A stretch of 40,935 nucleotides of DNA from Nitrososphaerales archaeon. Lineage in GTDB: Archaea > Thermoproteota > Nitrososphaeria > Nitrososphaerales > JACAEJ01. A program made the position numbers and the translations under genes. The notes below the pieces were generated by a model. That model made no database searches. It saw nothing but the letters and a program-made list of their open reading frames with translations, and was not told where the DNA came from. Position 1 is the stretch's first letter, and every line of letters begins with the position of its first letter. Location of the stretch: the NCBI GenBank assembly GCA_049699795.1, contig JBNAWJ010000023.1, forward strand, positions 1 to 40,935, read 5' to 3'. Shown here piece after piece: positions 1 through 9,778 of this stretch.

Positions 1-52
1 GGCGAAAATCGGAACATAGCGTACGAAAAGTCGGAATTAAGCCACAAAGCAA
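1..52 (-). repeat. Copy A of the dispersed intergenic hairpin/TIR element, truncated by the window edge and inverted relative to copy B
   Basis: nt 1-51 are the exact reverse complement (51/51) of 23609-23659. It ends in AATTAAGCCACAAAGCAA, the terminal motif also seen at 23732-23749 and, with one substitution, at 38278-38299. Confidence 0.85.
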
Positions 53-133
53 TAAATATCTTAAAAGATGCAAAAATTAGCGTTTTGGTCTATGATTTAG
101 TGCATGTTCATCCTTATGCTTGTAATTTGACTT

Positions 134-505
134 TTAGCCTTTGGTTTCTCTAACAAATTCGTCAAAAACGGATTTTACTCTTTCAGTCGCTAACCCGCTT
201 CCTTCAACTCCCTGCTCTGTTACCTTTATCTTGTCCATGACAATTATGGATCTTATATCCTCTCTTAACTTGACCAAACCTGGGAAGACTTTGTTCAGTC
301 TATCAGCAAGAGCTTTCAGATCGAAGGGCTTCTCTACTAACCTTATCTCTTTTATGAAATCGCTGTTAAGGACCATTTTGTAGATTTTATCGCCAGCCCC
401 TAATACATTGTCCAGTATGATGTTAAGCTTCTCATCTATACCAACTAGATCCCCCTCATATATTCTGCCTTCAGACGTCTCTACAGCGACCTTTCTTCCT
501 ATCAT
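134..505 (-). CDS. Sm-like (LSm) archaeal protein with a C-terminal extension of about 55 aa
   Basis: The N-terminal part (VAVETSEGRIYEGDLVGIDEKLNIILDNV ... IKEIRLVE) fits the Sm1/Sm2 pattern. The ORF is intact at 123 aa. Confidence 0.7.
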   Translation of the reverse strand: MIGRKVAVETSEGRIYEGDLVGIDEKLNIILDNVLGAGDKIYKMVLNSDFIKEIRLVEKPFDLKALADRLNKVFPGLVKLREDIRSIIVMDKIKVTEQGVEGSGLATERVKSVFDEFVRETKG

Positions 506-710
506 TGCAACAAGCTCTTCATTGAACCTCTTGTATGCTATGGATGACAGTTTGCTCCCCCTTTTTGTTATAATTTATGTAAATAAAAACTATATGGAAG
601 AAGTTAGTAGTATTACAAAAACAGGATTTGTTATAACAAAGATGACTCGAATCAAAAAGCATACTTATCTTGCTAAAATAGTCGAAAACATAGAATTAAA
701 TCGATCGGGA

Positions 711-1286
711 CTATTCGAAGAATCGACCTAATTCCCCAGCCTTTTCAAAAAGGCTGAGCCAATCCACAAATCCTACTCTCTTTGGATACTCTCCCTTCAT
801 CACTTTGATGATTTCTTCAGCAACATCTTTCGCATCCCTACCAGTGGTATCGAACTCAGCCACTTTATCCTTACCAAATTTCTTCAAAGCTTCATAGGCA
901 CATACTCCTAATATCTCTGATGCAACGTTGTTCTTGATCTTCTCAACACTGTAGTTCCTTAATTTAAACCTCCTCTCAAGCTCAAAGGGTGAACACCTTA
1001 ATATAGCGACAAACCTTATTTCTCTTTTAGAAAAGATGGATGGCAACAGGTGTCCTGCCACAACTACCTTTTTCCCTTCCATAGCTTTTCTTGCATATTT
1101 TCTCAATAAATTTAAGTCTGCGATGAATCCGTGCTCATCCTCACCTATTATAGCATTCTTCTCTATAGCGATTTGATTCAAGTCCAAAAAATCCCAATCC
1201 AGTAGTTTAGCTATTAGTCTACCAACAGTCTTCTTTCCTGTTCCAGGGTTGCCTGCTATGCCTATTACATCTTGGGAATCTTTCAT
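711..1286 (-). CDS. fap7: Fap7/adenylate kinase 6-type NTPase (small-subunit rRNA maturation factor)
   Basis: P-loop GNPGTGKKT, and the C-terminal RVGFVDW motif typical of archaeal Fap7. Length 191 aa. Confidence 0.8.
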   Translation of the reverse strand: MKDSQDVIGIAGNPGTGKKTVGRLIAKLLDWDFLDLNQIAIEKNAIIGEDEHGFIADLNLLRKYARKAMEGKKVVVAGHLLPSIFSKREIRFVAILRCSPFELERRFKLRNYSVEKIKNNVASEILGVCAYEALKKFGKDKVAEFDTTGRDAKDVAEEIIKVMKGEYPKRVGFVDWLSLFEKAGELGRFFE

Positions 1287-1293
1287 CTATAAA

Positions 1294-1464
1294 TCATTCA
1301 GGGTACTGAGCTTGAACTTTCATCGGCGTGAACTCTATGACCAATGCTTGACCACATTTATTGCATCTTGCTTGAAGGTAAATGATATGAGGAGAGGAGC
1401 CTTTAGTGTTCAAGTCTTGGTTTATGGTTATCTTCTCATTTTTGCAAACAGGGCAGGCCAACAT
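1294..1464 (-). CDS. Small C4 zinc-ribbon protein, Elf1-like (absent from the supplied ORF track, 56 aa)
   Basis: My translation: MLACPVCKNEKITINQDLNTKGSSPHIIYLQARCNKCGQALVIEFTPMKVQAQYPE. The CPxCxxEK ... CxxCGQ pattern resembles Elf1. It lies 7 nt upstream of fap7 on the same strand. Confidence 0.45.
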   Translation of the reverse strand: MLACPVCKNEKITINQDLNTKGSSPHIIYLQARCNKCGQALVIEFTPMKVQAQYPE

Positions 1465-1532
1465 GGCAGATCATAACCCATTTAATTTTGGAAGATGTAA
1501 ACTTTTCGTTAAAGGTATCATGATATAAGTTT

Positions 1533-2630
1533 TCATTTAATCTCCTCTCCAAGCTCCTTAGCCAATTCCAAAAGAAGCTTTCTTTGCTTTTCTGTCAAGT
1601 TCGTTGGAGTTTTTACTGTCACTCTGACCAATTCATCCCCTCTACCAAAGCCTCTTATTTTTGGCATCCCTTTACCTTTAAGCCTGAATATAGTTCCACT
1701 CTGAGTACCTGGAGGTATTCTGAGTTTAGCTCTCCCATCTATGGATGGTACTTCTATCTCTGAGCCTAGTGCTGCTTGAGTGAAACCTATCTGAGCATCG
1801 TAGAATAAATCATCGCCATCTCTTTTAAGGGCCTTGTGAGGTTTGACAGTTACGACTACGTATAAATCTCCAGGCTTTGCTCCTTCAACGCTTGCTTCAC
1901 CCTCTCCTCTTAGCCTTAGACTATAGCCTGTATCAACACCAGCAGGAACATCTATTCTTATCTTTCTGTAACGCTTGACTATTCCACTACCATGGCATTC
2001 TTTGCATGGATTCTCTATTACTGCTTTTCTACCATTACATTTATCACAAGTCGTTATCTGAACGAACCTTGTAAAGCCTGATGTGCGGGCATATTGTATT
2101 TGACCTGTGCCATGGCACTTAGGGCAAGTTTTAGGCTCTGTCCCTGGTCTTGCCCCTGTTCCTTTACATACATCACATCTTTCATTGCGGGGAACTTCTA
2201 TCTCAGTCTTTACACCTTTAAATGCGTCTTCTAAACTTATTTCAAGATCGTATCTTAAATCGTATCCTCTCTCAGAAGCATGTTCACGCCTTCCAAAGAA
2301 CATATCGAATATACTGCCGAAGCCGCCAAAACCAAAGCCTAAATCTCTAAAAATTTCATCGAAATCAACGCCTCTGAATATGTCCTCCCTTGTGTACCTG
2401 CCGCCTATACCCTCATGACCGAACATATCATATTGCCTTCTCTTCTCCTCGTCTGACAGAACAGCGTAAGCCTCTGAAATTTCCTTGAACTTTTCTTCAG
2501 CATCAGGAGATTTATTCCTGTCTGGATGATACTGTAAAGCTAGTTTGCGATAGGCATTTTTTATCTCTTCTTGTGTAGCATTTCTTGGTACCCCTAAGAC
2601 TTCATAGTAGTCCTTTTTATTGCTATACAT
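1533..2630 (-). CDS. dnaJ: Chaperone DnaJ (type I Hsp40)
   Basis: J domain with HPD (YHPDRN), a G/F-rich linker and four CxxCxGxG zinc-finger repeats. Length 365 aa. Confidence 0.95.
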   Translation of the reverse strand: MYSNKKDYYEVLGVPRNATQEEIKNAYRKLALQYHPDRNKSPDAEEKFKEISEAYAVLSDEEKRRQYDMFGHEGIGGRYTREDIFRGVDFDEIFRDLGFGFGGFGSIFDMFFGRREHASERGYDLRYDLEISLEDAFKGVKTEIEVPRNERCDVCKGTGARPGTEPKTCPKCHGTGQIQYARTSGFTRFVQITTCDKCNGRKAVIENPCKECHGSGIVKRYRKIRIDVPAGVDTGYSLRLRGEGEASVEGAKPGDLYVVVTVKPHKALKRDGDDLFYDAQIGFTQAALGSEIEVPSIDGRAKLRIPPGTQSGTIFRLKGKGMPKIRGFGRGDELVRVTVKTPTNLTEKQRKLLLELAKELGEEIK

Positions 2631-2658
2631 AAGAAATCAACTTTAAGGCAAATCGAAT

Positions 2659-4533
2659 TTACTTCTTATCATCCACTACTTCATAGTCAGCATCTATTAC
2701 TTTATCCTTCTTTTCCTCCTTTTTTTGCTCAGTTCCTTGCCCTTGCTTTTGAGCTTGCTGGGCTGTTTGCTGATATACTGCAGCCCCTATCTCTTGCAAA
2801 ATTTTTGATAATTGTTCATTCTTCGCCTTTATCTTATCTACATCTTTTCCACTGAGGGCATCTTTCAATTCGTTGATGGCTTTGTCTATCCTTTCGATTT
2901 GATCTTGACTGAGCTTTTCTTTAAGTTCAGACTTTGTCTTATCTGCTGTATAAATCAAGTTATCAGCAAAGTTGCGAATTTCAGCCTCCTCTCTCTTCTT
3001 CCTATCTTGCTCAGCAAACTTTTCAGCCTCGTCCACCATACGTTTTATTTCATCTTGTGACAGTTTCTTAGATGCTGTTATGGTTATCTTCTGCTCCTTC
3101 CCTGTAGCCATGTCCTTTGCTGTGACGTTCAATATCCCATTCACATCTATATCAAAAGTAACTTCTATTTGGGGGACTCCTCTTGGTGCTGGTGGGATCC
3201 CTGTCAAGTTGAACATCCCTAAGGATACGTTATCACTAGCCATAGGCCTTTCTCCTTGTAGAACATGAATAGTAACTGTAGTCTGAAAATCTGCAGCAGT
3301 TGTGAAGATCTGGCTTCTTCTTGTGGGTATTGTAGTGTTACGCTCAATTATCTTTGTGAATATGCCTCCAAGAGTTTCTACGCCCAAAGATAAAGGTGTG
3401 ACATCGAGTAGGAGGATATCCTTAACCTCACCAGCTATAATAGCACCTTGAATAGCTGCTCCTATTGCTACACACTCCATAGGGTCTACTCCTACTTCAG
3501 GGGGTTTACCAAGAACTTCTTCAATGAACTTTCTCACTAGAGGCATCCTTGTCTGTCCTCCTATCAGTATTACCTTATCGATATCTTTTGGAGTGAGCTT
3601 TGCATCTTCTAATACTCTTATTATAGTATCCTCTGTCCTTTTCACTATAGGTAAAGATAATTCTTCTAACTTCGCTCTAGTCAGAGTGTAGTGAAGATGC
3701 TTTGGGCCGTCTTTATCCATGGCAATGAAAGGTAAGTCTATATCTGTTGTGAGAAGAGTTGAAAGTTCTATCTTAGCCTTCTCACTAGCCTCTTTTAATC
3801 TAGCCATGGCAGTCTTATCGTTTCTCAAATCTATGCCTGTTTGCCTTCTGAATTCTTCGACAAGATGATTGACTATAGCGTAATCGATATCAGCTCCTCC
3901 AGTCTGAGTATCCCCACTAGTGGCTATTACTTGGAAGACTCCTCCACCAAAGTCCATGACAGTTACGTCGTGAGTGCCTCCGCCGAAGCTGAAAACCATT
4001 ATTTTCATTTCTTTTTCTAGCTTATCTAGACCATACGCCAAACAAGCCGCAGTGGGCTCATTTATTATCCTCACAACATCCAGTCCAGCTATGGTGCCAG
4101 CATCTTTCGTAGCTTGCCTCTGATTGTCGTTGAAATGAGCAGGAACAGTTATGACTGCTTTGCTGACAGTTCTCCCAAGAAAAGTCTCTGCGTCCTTTTT
4201 GATCTTCTGTAGTATAAAGGCTGAGATTTGCTGAGGAGTGAATTCTTTACCATACACACGAACTTTGTAGTCTGTCCCCATCTTCCTTTTTATTTCTAAT
4301 ATAGTACCTTCAGGATTCATCAAAGCTTGTCTTTTGGCAGGCTCGCCAACCAAAAGTTGACCATCCTTTGTGAACGCGACTACTGAAGGGAACATCTTTC
4401 CTGCTGCTGTAGGGCCTTCAGCGCTTGGTATGACTAAAGGCCTTCCTGCTTCCATTATGGCTGCTGCTGAATTCGTGGTTCCTAAATCTATCCCCAATAT
4501 CTTTTCCTTAGATTCTTCTTTAGAACTACTCAT
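2659..4533 (-). CDS. dnaK: Chaperone DnaK (Hsp70)
   Basis: [18 protein letters not shown]-like and EPTAA motifs. I prefer the ATG at 4533 (MSSSKE...), preceded by AAGGTGAG, over the GTG at 4551. This start overlaps the grpE stop. Confidence 0.95.
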   Translation of the reverse strand: MSSSKEESKEKILGIDLGTTNSAAAIMEAGRPLVIPSAEGPTAAGKMFPSVVAFTKDGQLLVGEPAKRQALMNPEGTILEIKRKMGTDYKVRVYGKEFTPQQISAFILQKIKKDAETFLGRTVSKAVITVPAHFNDNQRQATKDAGTIAGLDVVRIINEPTAACLAYGLDKLEKEMKIMVFSFGGGTHDVTVMDFGGGVFQVIATSGDTQTGGADIDYAIVNHLVEEFRRQTGIDLRNDKTAMARLKEASEKAKIELSTLLTTDIDLPFIAMDKDGPKHLHYTLTRAKLEELSLPIVKRTEDTIIRVLEDAKLTPKDIDKVILIGGQTRMPLVRKFIEEVLGKPPEVGVDPMECVAIGAAIQGAIIAGEVKDILLLDVTPLSLGVETLGGIFTKIIERNTTIPTRRSQIFTTAADFQTTVTIHVLQGERPMASDNVSLGMFNLTGIPPAPRGVPQIEVTFDIDVNGILNVTAKDMATGKEQKITITASKKLSQDEIKRMVDEAEKFAEQDRKKREEAEIRNFADNLIYTADKTKSELKEKLSQDQIERIDKAINELKDALSGKDVDKIKAKNEQLSKILQEIGAAVYQQTAQQAQKQGQGTEQKKEEKKDKVIDADYEVVDDKK

Positions 4534-5092
4534 GATTCTCACCTTTTTCACTTAAGCCTAAAGCGACCTTAACCATGCTCGGTCTTATCAACCTTCCATT
4601 TAAAAGATAACCCTTTCTTATCTCTTCTATTATTATATTGGTAGAATAATCTTTTGTCTGAACATGAGCAACAGCCTCATGTAAATTTGGGTCAAAGTTC
4701 TTTCCAACGGACTCTATCTCCTCTAACCCTTCTTTCTTAAGAATTTCTTTCAACTCTTTTAAGACCATCTCGATTCCTTCTACAAGAGATTCTTTGCTGT
4801 CTGTCTCTTTACTGGATTTGATAGCCCTCTCAAGATCATCGATAATGTTCAACAATTTTACTATTAACCTCTCATTGCCATACTTTACCAAATCGAGCAT
4901 CTCTCTATTCACCCTCTTCTGAAAATTTTCAAAATCTGCTTGCAGATACTTTAATTTATTCAAATAATCTTCTGCTCTATCGTGCTCCTCCTTTAAAGCC
5001 TTCCTTAATTCCTCTAACTCGTTCTCTAACGATTTTTCAGCAGGCTTGGCTTCTCTTACCGATTCACCCTCTGCCATAGATTCACCCATCAT
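4526..5092 (-). CDS. grpE: Nucleotide exchange factor GrpE
   Basis: Coiled-coil N-terminus, then a GrpE core ([12 protein letters not shown] ... HEAV). GGGGAGG lies 8 nt upstream of the ATG. Confidence 0.9.
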   Translation of the reverse strand: MMGESMAEGESVREAKPAEKSLENELEELRKALKEEHDRAEDYLNKLKYLQADFENFQKRVNREMLDLVKYGNERLIVKLLNIIDDLERAIKSSKETDSKESLVEGIEMVLKELKEILKKEGLEEIESVGKNFDPNLHEAVAHVQTKDYSTNIIIEEIRKGYLLNGRLIRPSMVKVALGLSEKGENHE

Positions 5093-5124
5093 CTGTAAAG
5101 CCTCCCCATCAGATATATCAATGA

Positions 5125-5147
5125 GATGTTAACCTAAAGTTAACATC
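5125..5147. promoter_or_regulatory. Candidate operator palindrome GATGTTAAC-N5-GTTAACATC in the grpE-dnaK-dnaJ promoter
   Basis: Perfect 9-bp arms. On the coding (minus) strand it directly follows a TTTTTAT TATA-like box (complement of 5149-5155) and lies 33-55 nt upstream of the grpE ATG. Confidence 0.4.
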
Positions 5148-5225
5148 ATAAAAATGGAATATTAACTTTTCGTTCTGTGGCGCTATAAGAGCAAGTCTAT
5201 GTCGCATTGAACTGGTTCAGATGCT

Positions 5226-5636
5226 TTATTCGCCCAATACTTCCAATACTATCTTTCTTGTTCTAGGTCCATCAAGCTCTAATAAGAAGATGTTCTGCCA
5301 TGTTCCTCTAACCAATCTTCCACCCTTGACTGGAAATAATCTTGATGGGCCAATAAATGTAGATGCTAAATGGGCATCAGCGTTATCATCGATTCTATCA
5401 TGAAGCCATCCTTTACCCTTTGGAAAATCCTTCTCTATTCTGTTTATTATATCTTGTATCAAACCCGTTTCATGTTCATTTACTATTATAGCAACGGTTG
5501 AGTGTAAAGCATAGGCTAGGCAGAAGCCATTTTTTATGTTGCTTTTTCTCACATGGTCTTCAACATAACTGCTTATGTCTACCAACTCTGTTCTGCTTTT
5601 TGTTGAGACATCGATTTCATCAAAAAAGACCTTCAA
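5226..5636 (-). CDS. YjbQ/UPF0047 family protein (secondary thiamine-phosphate synthase family)
   Basis: Family-typical motifs HSTVAIIVNEHE and DDNADAHL. TTG start preceded by AGGAGGT at 8 nt spacing. Confidence 0.8.
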   Translation of the reverse strand: MKVFFDEIDVSTKSRTELVDISSYVEDHVRKSNIKNGFCLAYALHSTVAIIVNEHETGLIQDIINRIEKDFPKGKGWLHDRIDDNADAHLASTFIGPSRLFPVKGGRLVRGTWQNIFLLELDGPRTRKIVLEVLGE

Positions 5637-6000
5637 TCATATCTACCTCCTTTGTTAGATTGTTCTTCAAATAAGAAATACTTTTTCTAATCATAATTCT
5701 GCATCATTGTCAATAGCTTTTGATTTTCTATCTGAATTTGTTAGGTCGTTACAAAAGGAATTTGAACAATCGTTTTCTGAAGATTTCTCTAACAATTTCC
5801 TGATCTTGACCTTAACTTTTTGTTTGGTCTTGTCAGACATGTAGACTGCCTTACATAATTATGATGTTATAATTGTAGAAAAAGGCGATTTAATGTAAAA
5901 AGTTATGTGATACAATAAAGTGAATAAGATGAGATAAACAATGATGCGATAACGCATAGATTTATATCAGCAGGGAAATTTATATTTTGGGCTGTAAATC

Positions 6001-8382
6001 ATGGCAGTAGCAAACAGATTAGTAGTTGAATTTGAAAAGTTAGGCAAGGAAGATGTCCCTCTAGTGGGAGGTAAAAATGCCAATCTAGGAGAGATGTTAA
6101 AGGCAAGAATCCCAGTACCCCCTGGATTTGCCATAACTTCTTATGCTTACAAAAGATTTTTGGAAGAGACAGGTTTATCTGAAAAGATTTATGAAATGAT
6201 TAGAGAAAGCGTTAAGGAAAAGAATGATCCTAAGCAGTATGAAGAAGCCTCAAAGAAGATAAGGGCTGCCATAGAGTCAGAACAAATCCCTAAGGATATA
6301 GTCAAAGCCATAAAGGAAGCTTATAAAAAGTTATGTGACAATTTAGGCATTTTAGACGCTTACGTAGCTGTGCGCTCATCTGCTACAGCCGAGGATTTGC
6401 TCGATGCTTCTTTTGCAGGTCAACAGGAGACTTACCTAAATGTTAAGGGTTCCGATGATTTAGTCTACAATGTTAGAAGATGCTGGTCAAGTCTGTTCAC
6501 ACCAAGGGCGATATTTTACAGAGATGAGAAGGGTTTTCCTCATGAGAAGGTTTTGATAAGCGTTGGTGTTCAAAAAATGGTCAACGCAAAAGCAGCAGGA
6601 GTCATGTTCACCCTCCATCCTGTCACAGGGGATAGATCAAAGATTGTTATTGAATCTACGTGGGGCTTGGGAGAGAGTTTGGTATCTGGTTCAGTAATTC
6701 CTGACCGCTTCGTTATAGATAAAGATACAATGAAGATTGTAGAGCGTGAAATCGCCCATAAAACTGTATTTTACACAAGAGATGAAACAGGCAAGACTGT
6801 TCATCTTACAGTGCCTTCTGATAAGCAAGACGCACCTTCTCTCACAGATGAGGAAGTTCTTAAGTTAGCAGAGCTTGGCAAAAGGATAGAGGAGCATTAT
6901 CAAAAGCCTCAAGACATAGAGTTTGCCATAGATAAAGACTTACCTTTTCCAAAAAATATTTTCATAGTCCAATCTAGACCTGAGACTGTTTGGGGTATTA
7001 AGGCAGAAGCGCCTTTGGTTTCGGGAGAATCAGCGATTCAAGCCAAGACTATAGAGCGTGTAATCGCTCTCAAAGGATTGCCAGCAAGTCCTGGCTTTCA
7101 CATAGGTCGAGCAAAGGTAGCAATCACACCAGAAGAAGCTGCTAAACTCATGAAGCAAGGAGACATACTGGTAACAAGAATGACGAACCCAGACTGGGCG
7201 CCCTACATGAGGGTTGCTGGCGCCATAGTAACTGATGAAGGCGGAATGACCTGTCATGCAGCAATAGTGAGCAGAGAGCTTGGTATCCCTTGCATAGTGG
7301 GGAGCGGGAATGCTACAAAAGTTCTGGTCACTGGTAATTCTTATACAGTAGATGCTAGGGCCGGTGTTGTTTATGAGGGAACTATAGAGGAGTTTAGAAA
7401 GCCTGTTGGAAAGCCAGCTGTAGCAATGCAAGGTTTTGCTGAGCCATTTTTGGTTACAGCCACCAAGATTTACATGAATTTAGGAATTCCTGAGAAGATA
7501 GAAGACTATGTTCACCTTCCCTTCGATGGGATAGGTCTTATGAGAGTTGAATTTATCATGGCGACAGAAATAGGCGAGCATCCCCTCTACTTGATTGAAA
7601 GTCACCAAGAATCAAAGTTCATTGGGAGGATGGCAGAGGGAGTAGCGAAAGTAGCAAGAGCGATACAGCCAAGACCAGTCGTGGTTCGATTTTCAGACTT
7701 TAAGACAAACGAATATGCGCAGTTAAAAGGAGGAGAAAAGTATGAGTCAAGAGAGGACAATCCTATGCTAGGATGGAGAGGAGTCAGCAGATACGTTAGC
7801 CCTCAATATGAGAAGGCTTTCAGGCTTGAATGTAGAGCTATAAAGAAGTGCCGTGATGAATGGGGCTTGAGAAACGTTTGGGTCATGCTACCTTTTGTGC
7901 GCACAACTTGGGAAGTCGAGAAATGCCTTGCCATAATGAAAGAAGAAGGGTTAGAGAGGGGAAGAGACTTTAAAGTCTGGCTTATGGCTGAAGTTCCATC
8001 GATAGTGTTCATGGCTGATGAGTTTAGTAGGCTTTGTGACGGTTTTAGCATCGGTAGCAACGATCTAACTCAGCTAATTCTAGGGACTGATCGTGATAGC
8101 CAAATACTGCCTGCCATAGACAGTAGATACTTTGATGAGCGTGATCCGGCAGTGTTGAGAGCCATAGAGCATTTAATAAAAGTCGCTCATAATTCCAAGG
8201 TGACTGTCTCCATTTGTGGACAGGCTCCTTCAGTCTACGAAGACTTTACAGAGGCTATAGTAAGATTTGGTATTGATAGCGTAAGCGTTAACCCTGATGT
8301 CGTTGCTCAGACAAGGAAGCTTGTTGCAAGCGTTGAACAAAAGATACTGCTAGAACGCTTGAAAAAAATTCAAGAATCTTAG
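6001..8382 (+). CDS. ppsA: Phosphoenolpyruvate synthase (pyruvate, water dikinase)
   Basis: 793 aa. ATP-grasp N-domain (VGGKNANLGEM), phosphohistidine swivel (GGMTCHAAIVSRELGIPCIVG) and PEP-utilising C-domain (GSNDLTQ). Confidence 0.95.
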   Translation: MAVANRLVVEFEKLGKEDVPLVGGKNANLGEMLKARIPVPPGFAITSYAYKRFLEETGLSEKIYEMIRESVKEKNDPKQYEEASKKIRAAIESEQIPKDIVKAIKEAYKKLCDNLGILDAYVAVRSSATAEDLLDASFAGQQETYLNVKGSDDLVYNVRRCWSSLFTPRAIFYRDEKGFPHEKVLISVGVQKMVNAKAAGVMFTLHPVTGDRSKIVIESTWGLGESLVSGSVIPDRFVIDKDTMKIVEREIAHKTVFYTRDETGKTVHLTVPSDKQDAPSLTDEEVLKLAELGKRIEEHYQKPQDIEFAIDKDLPFPKNIFIVQSRPETVWGIKAEAPLVSGESAIQAKTIERVIALKGLPASPGFHIGRAKVAITPEEAAKLMKQGDILVTRMTNPDWAPYMRVAGAIVTDEGGMTCHAAIVSRELGIPCIVGSGNATKVLVTGNSYTVDARAGVVYEGTIEEFRKPVGKPAVAMQGFAEPFLVTATKIYMNLGIPEKIEDYVHLPFDGIGLMRVEFIMATEIGEHPLYLIESHQESKFIGRMAEGVAKVARAIQPRPVVVRFSDFKTNEYAQLKGGEKYESREDNPMLGWRGVSRYVSPQYEKAFRLECRAIKKCRDEWGLRNVWVMLPFVRTTWEVEKCLAIMKEEGLERGRDFKVWLMAEVPSIVFMADEFSRLCDGFSIGSNDLTQLILGTDRDSQILPAIDSRYFDERDPAVLRAIEHLIKVAHNSKVTVSICGQAPSVYEDFTEAIVRFGIDSVSVNPDVVAQTRKLVASVEQKILLERLKKIQES

Positions 8383-8392
8383 AGGTCAAAAA

Positions 8393-8950
8393 GTGAAGCA
8401 GAGTAAATCAGAAAAAACTCCTTTAACCCTTAAACCAAGGCTTTACGTCTATTCGATGAAGCAAGATGATCAAAAAAAGTGTACTGCAGCAAAGCTCTGT
8501 CGTTTTGGCTTAGCCCAACCTATTTTAAGAAAGAGTGAAATCCCTAAGAAAAGCATAGTTCTAAATCCAAAAGCATCGAGCATTTTTTCACCTTTAGATA
8601 AGCCTTATCTAATCTATGGTCTTGTTGCTATAGACTGCTCATGGAAAAGAATTGATGAGACCTTCTCAAAAAGGTTCAAAGGCTTAAACAGAAGGCTTCC
8701 TCTGTTGATGGCTGCCAATCCTATAAACTATGGCAAGATTTCAATGCTAAGTTCTATAGAAGCCCTTGCTGCTGCGCTATATATTTCTGACTATATTGAG
8801 GAAAGTAAAAAGTTGATGTCCATATTAAAGTGGGGACAAAACTTCTTAGAATTAAACAGGAATCCTCTGGAGGATTATAGGCTTTCCAAAAGCCATGAAG
8901 ATATTATCGAAATAGAAAGAGAATACTTTGGAACGATTATTTCCGATTAA
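8393..8950 (+). CDS. tsr3: 16S rRNA aminocarboxypropyltransferase Tsr3
   Basis: Motifs KKCTAAKL, AIDCSW and LPLLMAANPINYG ... LSSIEALAAALY. GTG start with GAGGT 7 nt upstream. Confidence 0.8.
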   Translation: MKQSKSEKTPLTLKPRLYVYSMKQDDQKKCTAAKLCRFGLAQPILRKSEIPKKSIVLNPKASSIFSPLDKPYLIYGLVAIDCSWKRIDETFSKRFKGLNRRLPLLMAANPINYGKISMLSSIEALAAALYISDYIEESKKLMSILKWGQNFLELNRNPLEDYRLSKSHEDIIEIEREYFGTIISD

Positions 8951-9115
8951 CAATTAATAACTGGCTATCCATCCGATCAATCCTACCAAAACAAAAATCA
9001 TTAAACCTATAGCAAAAAATCTTACTGTGAAGCAAGTGTTCCTTTTCCATGATAAAAACACCGATATAACCGCTGATGCAATAATTATATATAATTTTAA
9101 AGCAGATGTGTAATT

Positions 9116-9709
9116 ATGTTCAAGGAGTTAGCCCTTATGGTTTGGATGATGTGGTCTATAGTAACCATTGCACTTGTTTTACTTCCTCTATTCCCTAATT
9201 TATGGAAAAAGATAGGTATTCTCACATACCTTGTTTTTCTTGCCTTTTGGTTGCCTATAGCTTATTTGATTCTTTTAAGCCAAAACCTTCTCTTACAAAT
9301 TAAGATGGATTTCCACATAATCGTAGTTTTCTTAGGTTTTATTCTCATAATGATTGGATTGATGATTCATGTATGGACGGCCAAACTGCTTGGAATAAAA
9401 GCGTTGATAGGATATAATGTTGTTCGCCCAGATAATGAAAAAAGCGGTTTGATCACTTCAAGCCTCTTTTCTATAGTTAGGCATCCCACATATTTGGCTC
9501 ATACATCACTTTGGCTCGGCTTCTTCTTGTTGACGGGCTTTCTAAGCTTAATGATTTTAACACTTTTAGACTTTCTCATCACCTATTTTATGATAATACC
9601 CTTGGAAGAGAAGGAATTGATTCAAAGATTCAGGCAAGAATATATAGATTACAAAAAGAGAGTGCCAAAATTCTTCCCAAGACTTTTGATCAAGGGAAAA
9701 ATCGATTAG
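9116..9709 (+). CDS. Membrane methyltransferase of the isoprenylcysteine carboxyl/phospholipid methyltransferase (ICMT/PEMT) family
   Basis: Multi-TM protein with an RHPTYLAH motif and a C-terminal EEKELIQRFRQEY.DYKKRVP signature. Confidence 0.7.
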   Translation: MFKELALMVWMMWSIVTIALVLLPLFPNLWKKIGILTYLVFLAFWLPIAYLILLSQNLLLQIKMDFHIIVVFLGFILIMIGLMIHVWTAKLLGIKALIGYNVVRPDNEKSGLITSSLFSIVRHPTYLAHTSLWLGFFLLTGFLSLMILTLLDFLITYFMIIPLEEKELIQRFRQEYIDYKKRVPKFFPRLLIKGKID

Positions 9710-9778
9710 AGTAATAATCTACGAAAGCTAAGGTCTTTCATCCTATGCAGATTTTGGATATGGCTTATGGATAATTCG

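Noticed and set aside
141-731. Plus-strand ORFs 141..383 and 408..731
   Set aside because: They are antisense shadows of the Sm-like gene and its upstream region. The translations are low-complexity and Ser/Leu-rich with no motifs, while the minus-strand frame has a clear Sm fold pattern.
1249-1476. Plus-strand 75-aa ORF
   Set aside because: It is antisense to the C4 zinc-ribbon ORF (1294-1464) and overlaps the fap7 start. It has no recognisable motif or SD.
2107-4555. Plus-strand ORFs 2107..2418, 2812..3060, 2972..3268 and 4370..4555
   Set aside because: All lie inside dnaJ or dnaK on the opposite strand. They are typical shadow frames of highly conserved genes.
5221-5403. Plus-strand 60-aa ORF
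   Set aside because: It is antisense within the YjbQ-family gene.
5691-5840. Minus-strand 49-codon ORF (MSDKTKQKVKVKIRKLLEKSSENDCSNSFCNDLTNSDRKSKAIDNDAEL) in the 364-bp yjbQ-ppsA intergenic region
   Set aside because: It has low-complexity charged sequence, no clear SD and no recognisable family. It could be real, but an open frame in AT-rich DNA is not enough support.
7030-8060. Minus-strand ORFs 7030..7431 and 7803..8060
   Set aside because: They are antisense within ppsA, whose plus-strand frame carries all the PEP synthase motifs.
8951-9115. Hydrophobic minus-strand frame (...FLSWKRNTCFTVRFFAIGLMIFVLVGLIGWIASY) between tsr3 and the ICMT-like gene
   Set aside because: It has no ATG, only a possible GTG giving about 32 aa, and no SD. 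It is too short to tell apart from chance.
9511-9714. Plus-strand 67-aa ORF
   Set aside because: It is an alternative frame inside the ICMT-like gene, and the ICMT frame carries the family motifs.
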